Shown here: piece after piece, positions 60,349 through 64,000 of the stretch
Layout: each line of letters opens with the position of its first letter
Position numbering within the stretch: position 1 is the stretch's first letter
Notes under the pieces: generated by a model
What the model saw: the letters and a program-made list of their open reading frames with translations, nothing else
What the model was told of the DNA's origin: nothing
The model's database searches: none
Source of the DNA: Obrimoposthia wandeli
Taxonomy: Eukaryota
Length of the DNA stretch: 64,000 nucleotides
NCBI GenBank assembly: GCA_977020255.1
Contig: CDROCS010003796.1
Span: 186,001-250,000, forward strand
Direction: 5' to 3'
Program-made: the position numbers and the translations under genes

Positions 60349-61024
60349 CACTTTGATGGGCGTCGAGGCGTTCCTAGCCCAGTGTGAAAAATCCAATTCC
60401 AGTGTCCTCGGCCAGCACAACATTAGCAGTTTCCTGTCTGCCCAATCTCGGCCAGTGAGTCGTCGTACAGAACAGGAGGCAAAAACTCCCGGCTGCACGT
60501 GTGTGTATGTGCAGAGCCGGGGATTTATCACTTCGATTCTCCCAGCCGGTGGAGAGCAACGACTGTCCCTGCCAATACCAGTTTATCGAGATTCCCTGTC
60601 CCAATGCTGTTTCACCCTGTGTCTTCTCTACCAACCCTACCCACTCTGCTGCTGAAAGGATCTCTTCTCACAGACCAATATGTCTCTTATCTCCCCTGTC
60701 GCAGCACAGTGTATCCCTCTCTCTACCACTGCAACAGTCTCCCTCTACGTATTCGTGACAATTCTGCAAACTTTTCCCTGGTGCTGTTTAGTAATAAATT
60801 TACATCGGCGATTATTCCTGTGTGCAGCAGCGATTTCTCCCTGCTAGTCAATGTGCCTATATCCTATCTCTCATGTGTGTGTCCTACCCGTGACACTATC
60901 CAATTTCTTTGAATAAGCATGTGTTTCTTTTTTAGTGTACATGTACTAATATGCACATATTTTTGACTATAAAAGCACAAACAATTAATACAGAAAGGTA
61001 TGGATTTTGATCTTAATACAATTT

Positions 61025-61470
61025 GATGCCAAGAAATTAACAATTTGAAAAGATTTTGTTATTATCAAACGAATTTTTATGTCATACGATTATTAATAAT
61101 TTCCAAGAAATTAACAATTTGAAAAGATTTTGCTATTATCAAACTAATTTTTATGCCATACGATTATTAACAATTTCCAAGAAATTAACAATTCGAAAAG
61201 ATTTTGCTATTATCAAACTAATTTTTATGCCATACGATTATTAACAATTTCCAAGAAATTAACAATTCGAAAAGATTTTGCTATTATCAAACTAATTTTT
61301 ATGCCATACGATTATTAATAATTTCCAAGAAATTAACAATTCGAAAAGATTTTGCTATTATCAAACTAATTTTTATGCCATACGATTATTAACAATTTCC
61401 AAGAAATAAACAATTTGAAAAGATTTTGCTATTATCAAACTAATTTTTAGGCCATACGATTATTAACATA
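61025..61470. repeat. 74-bp tandem repeat, ~6 copies
   Basis: CCAAGAAATTAACAAT at 61029, 61103, 61177 and onward. Confidence 0.95.
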
Positions 61471-62704
61471 TCCTTATTTTAAAACAGCTAGTATGACAAA
61501 CTTCATACATACTTATTAATTTTTTCTAAAAATTTCTTATTAATCTTTAAAATTTCCTCTAAACCATCTGAATATCACTAAATATCATATCTCGGAGAAT
61601 TCTCTTCTAGAAACATATCGTTCATTTCACCCTGAACATGCATGGATAAATTTCATTTTAAAAATTCTCATTGGATATATATACCAAATTTCCATTGAAT
61701 TCTATATTAAAATTAGATTGTCTATGAAAATAAGATTGTCCAAGAAGGGAAGAATAATATGGGGATTAAGAAGAGGAACCAAGACACACGTTATATCCTC
61801 CTCTAAACCACTTTTAGCGTATATTTCCCTCTGTAAAATCTCTTAAAAACCCCACCAAATCTTCTAAAAGTTATATTTATTCTAAACACTTCGTAAATTT
61901 ATTTTAAGATGTTCTTATGCTTAAAATTATCTTTTAGAATCACTTAAATATCATAAATTACTTGAGTATCTAGTTAATTTGTTTTCCAAACCACCAAATA
62001 TCATAAATCTCATATACATCGCATTAATTCCTTCTCTATACATATTCTTATTTTAAATCAGTTAATATGATAAACTTCATACATATTTCTTAATTTCCTC
62101 TAAAACATTTTTAATAATCGTTAATATTTTCTCTAAACCATCTTAATATCATAAAATATCACATCTCGGGGAATTCTCTTCGATAAACATTTCGTTAATT
62201 TCTCCCCTCTGATCATATATGAATCAATTTTATTTATAAATTCTTATTGGATACAAACCTAATTTCAATCAAATTCTATATTAAAATAAGATTGACTTAG
62301 AAGCTCTGATGATTTAGGACAGCTGATTGATTATGGTTAAGTTTCTATATTATTGATAAATTCAATGAAAAATATCCACTTAATCAAAAATATGTAAGTT
62401 TGAATATGTTAAAATATTTAATAAATCAATTTAAAATACTTATAAATAAAATAATAGATAATTTCTAATATCATGGTTAATAATTAAATAAATATTTCCA
62501 ATTATATTATTCATATCAGAAATATTACTACTTGTATGATAATTAAATAAATTATAGTAATTTAAAAATAAAATTAAAGTAGCTAATAAAAATAACTAAT
62601 TTAATTATATAATTAATTTTCATTTAAAAATAATGAATAATTACTTTTGTTTGAATTAATTAATTTTTAAAATAAAACAAAAAATAAAAATTGATTAATA
62701 CAAT

Positions 62705-63060
62705 ATGGTGAGTACTTTTTGTGATATTTTAACTTTTAGACAACTAATGAATGGATTCCAGGTAAGTTTTTCACTTAAATTAAAAATAATTATTTTAGAT
62801 GAGGATGATTAAGAAGATGAATGTTTGTGATGATGAAGAAAATGGAGAATTATGATAATGAAGATGATGAGATGAAGGATGATGAAAAGGATGATGTTAT
62901 GAAAATGATGATTATATTATGAAGAGGTGATGAAGACCAGACAAAGGGTTATGAAGAAGATGAAGAATAATAAAAATAAGGAAGATTATATGATGGATTA
63001 TGATGAGGACAGATGAGGATAAAGGATTATATGATGATATTATAAAGAAATGATAATGAT
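62705..63060 (+). pseudogene. Decayed acidic (D/E-rich) gene with two tiny introns
   Basis: ATG|GTGAGT..TTTTAG (32 nt), a 22-nt exon, G|GTAAGT..TTTTAG (37 nt); spliced product MTTNEWIPDEDD*, then GAT/GAA-rich sequence. Confidence 0.55.
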
Positions 63061-64000
63061 TATATAAATTTTAATAATATTTGATTTAATTCACCTCATT
63101 TTCTTACAATAATATGTAAGAATACCTTATCAAACTTTTATTAGTAGTACCATTATAACTATATATTTAGTATCTACTGCATTAAGTAATATCATAGATG
63201 GTGTTAACCCTTCAATTGAATAGTTATCAAAGATGGTACTATTCAACATATGCTCCATACACATTTCTAATTGACCGTAGTTTAAAATCAATAAACCTCT
63301 TTTAATTAGAAGATTATAGTTTGAAACTTCATCTTATTGACCGTAGTTTTAAGTTAAATTCATTTATATTGTAACTTTTTGCAAAAAATACGTACTTTTG
63401 CAAGTTATGTGTGCTAAATACCGTAAGATTTCAATAAACGTTTTCTACTCACAAATAAAAATAGATAAAATTACACAAAATAAATTTTAGAAAGAAACTA
63501 TCAGACTAACAATTTATAAATTTATTTCTACCCACAAATTAAGTTAGTTGGTATATCTTGGTAAAACATATGTTTTGTAAAAAATTTCTCAGACCATATT
63601 TTTGCTCGCAATAGTCTTTAATTTTGAATTTGCACACATCAAAATTGATGCATTAAAAGAAAAATTTTTTTTAAATAGTGGGTCATGACTTTGACTTTTA
63701 AAATAATATTTAATAAAAATATATAAATTTAATTGAGTTTGACTTTTAGAAATCTTCTGAAATCCACTTAAATCGACCGAAAGATTTATATGCACTTCCA
63801 AAATTTGATGCATTTAAACAACAATGAGCAGAAAATAGACGTACATAATGACTTTAAAATGATCTTGACCTTGAAATATCATATCGGGAGAAATGTGACC
63901 TTGATCTACGTTCGCATCGGGAGGGGTTTATCTTTTACCTTGAATCAAAGTTATCATTTCCCACTACTGACTTCTCCACATCCAACATGAATTTGCTTAA

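Noticed and set aside
59377-60531. 336-aa and 357-aa ORFs
   Set aside because: Artefacts of reading through the N gap.
60349-60640. Gag zinc knuckle (GNC*CCAGRGHW) of an LTR element
   Set aside because: Degenerate motif with a stop; no LTR or correctly oriented PBS visible next to the gap.

Overview
Eukaryotic, probably animal, genomic DNA (spliceosomal introns, TTAGGG-type repeats, a cilia gene) dominated by nested transposons. The host gene BBS2 runs on the minus strand (exon 1 at 44298, recognisable exons down to ~10610). Its 28.4-kb second intron holds a decayed but nearly complete Polinton/Maverick (adintovirus-like) element at ~17400-36260. It has the core genes: pPolB, adenain-like protease, major and minor capsid, PW-like protein, integrase and packaging ATPase. 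It also has an accessory block: a catalytically dead dual-specificity phosphatase, a TBP-like protein, a BIR-BIR-UBA-RING IAP and several orphans. The most unusual signal is that the Polinton genes carry GT-AG introns (two in pPolB, one in the TBP-like gene), and the same pPolB intron position recurs in two other diverged polB relics in the window. Also present: a 5.27-kb non-autonomous Polinton with long TIRs and a perfect 6-bp TSD; a hATm-type element (8-bp TSD) carrying a deleted Polinton copy; a pogo DD35D transposon inside the capsid gene plus its MITE; Tc1, Tigger and LINE relics; several tandem arrays; a C8orf33 homolog; an orphan 346-aa ORF; and an 880-N assembly gap. All homology calls are by eye, from motif recognition.
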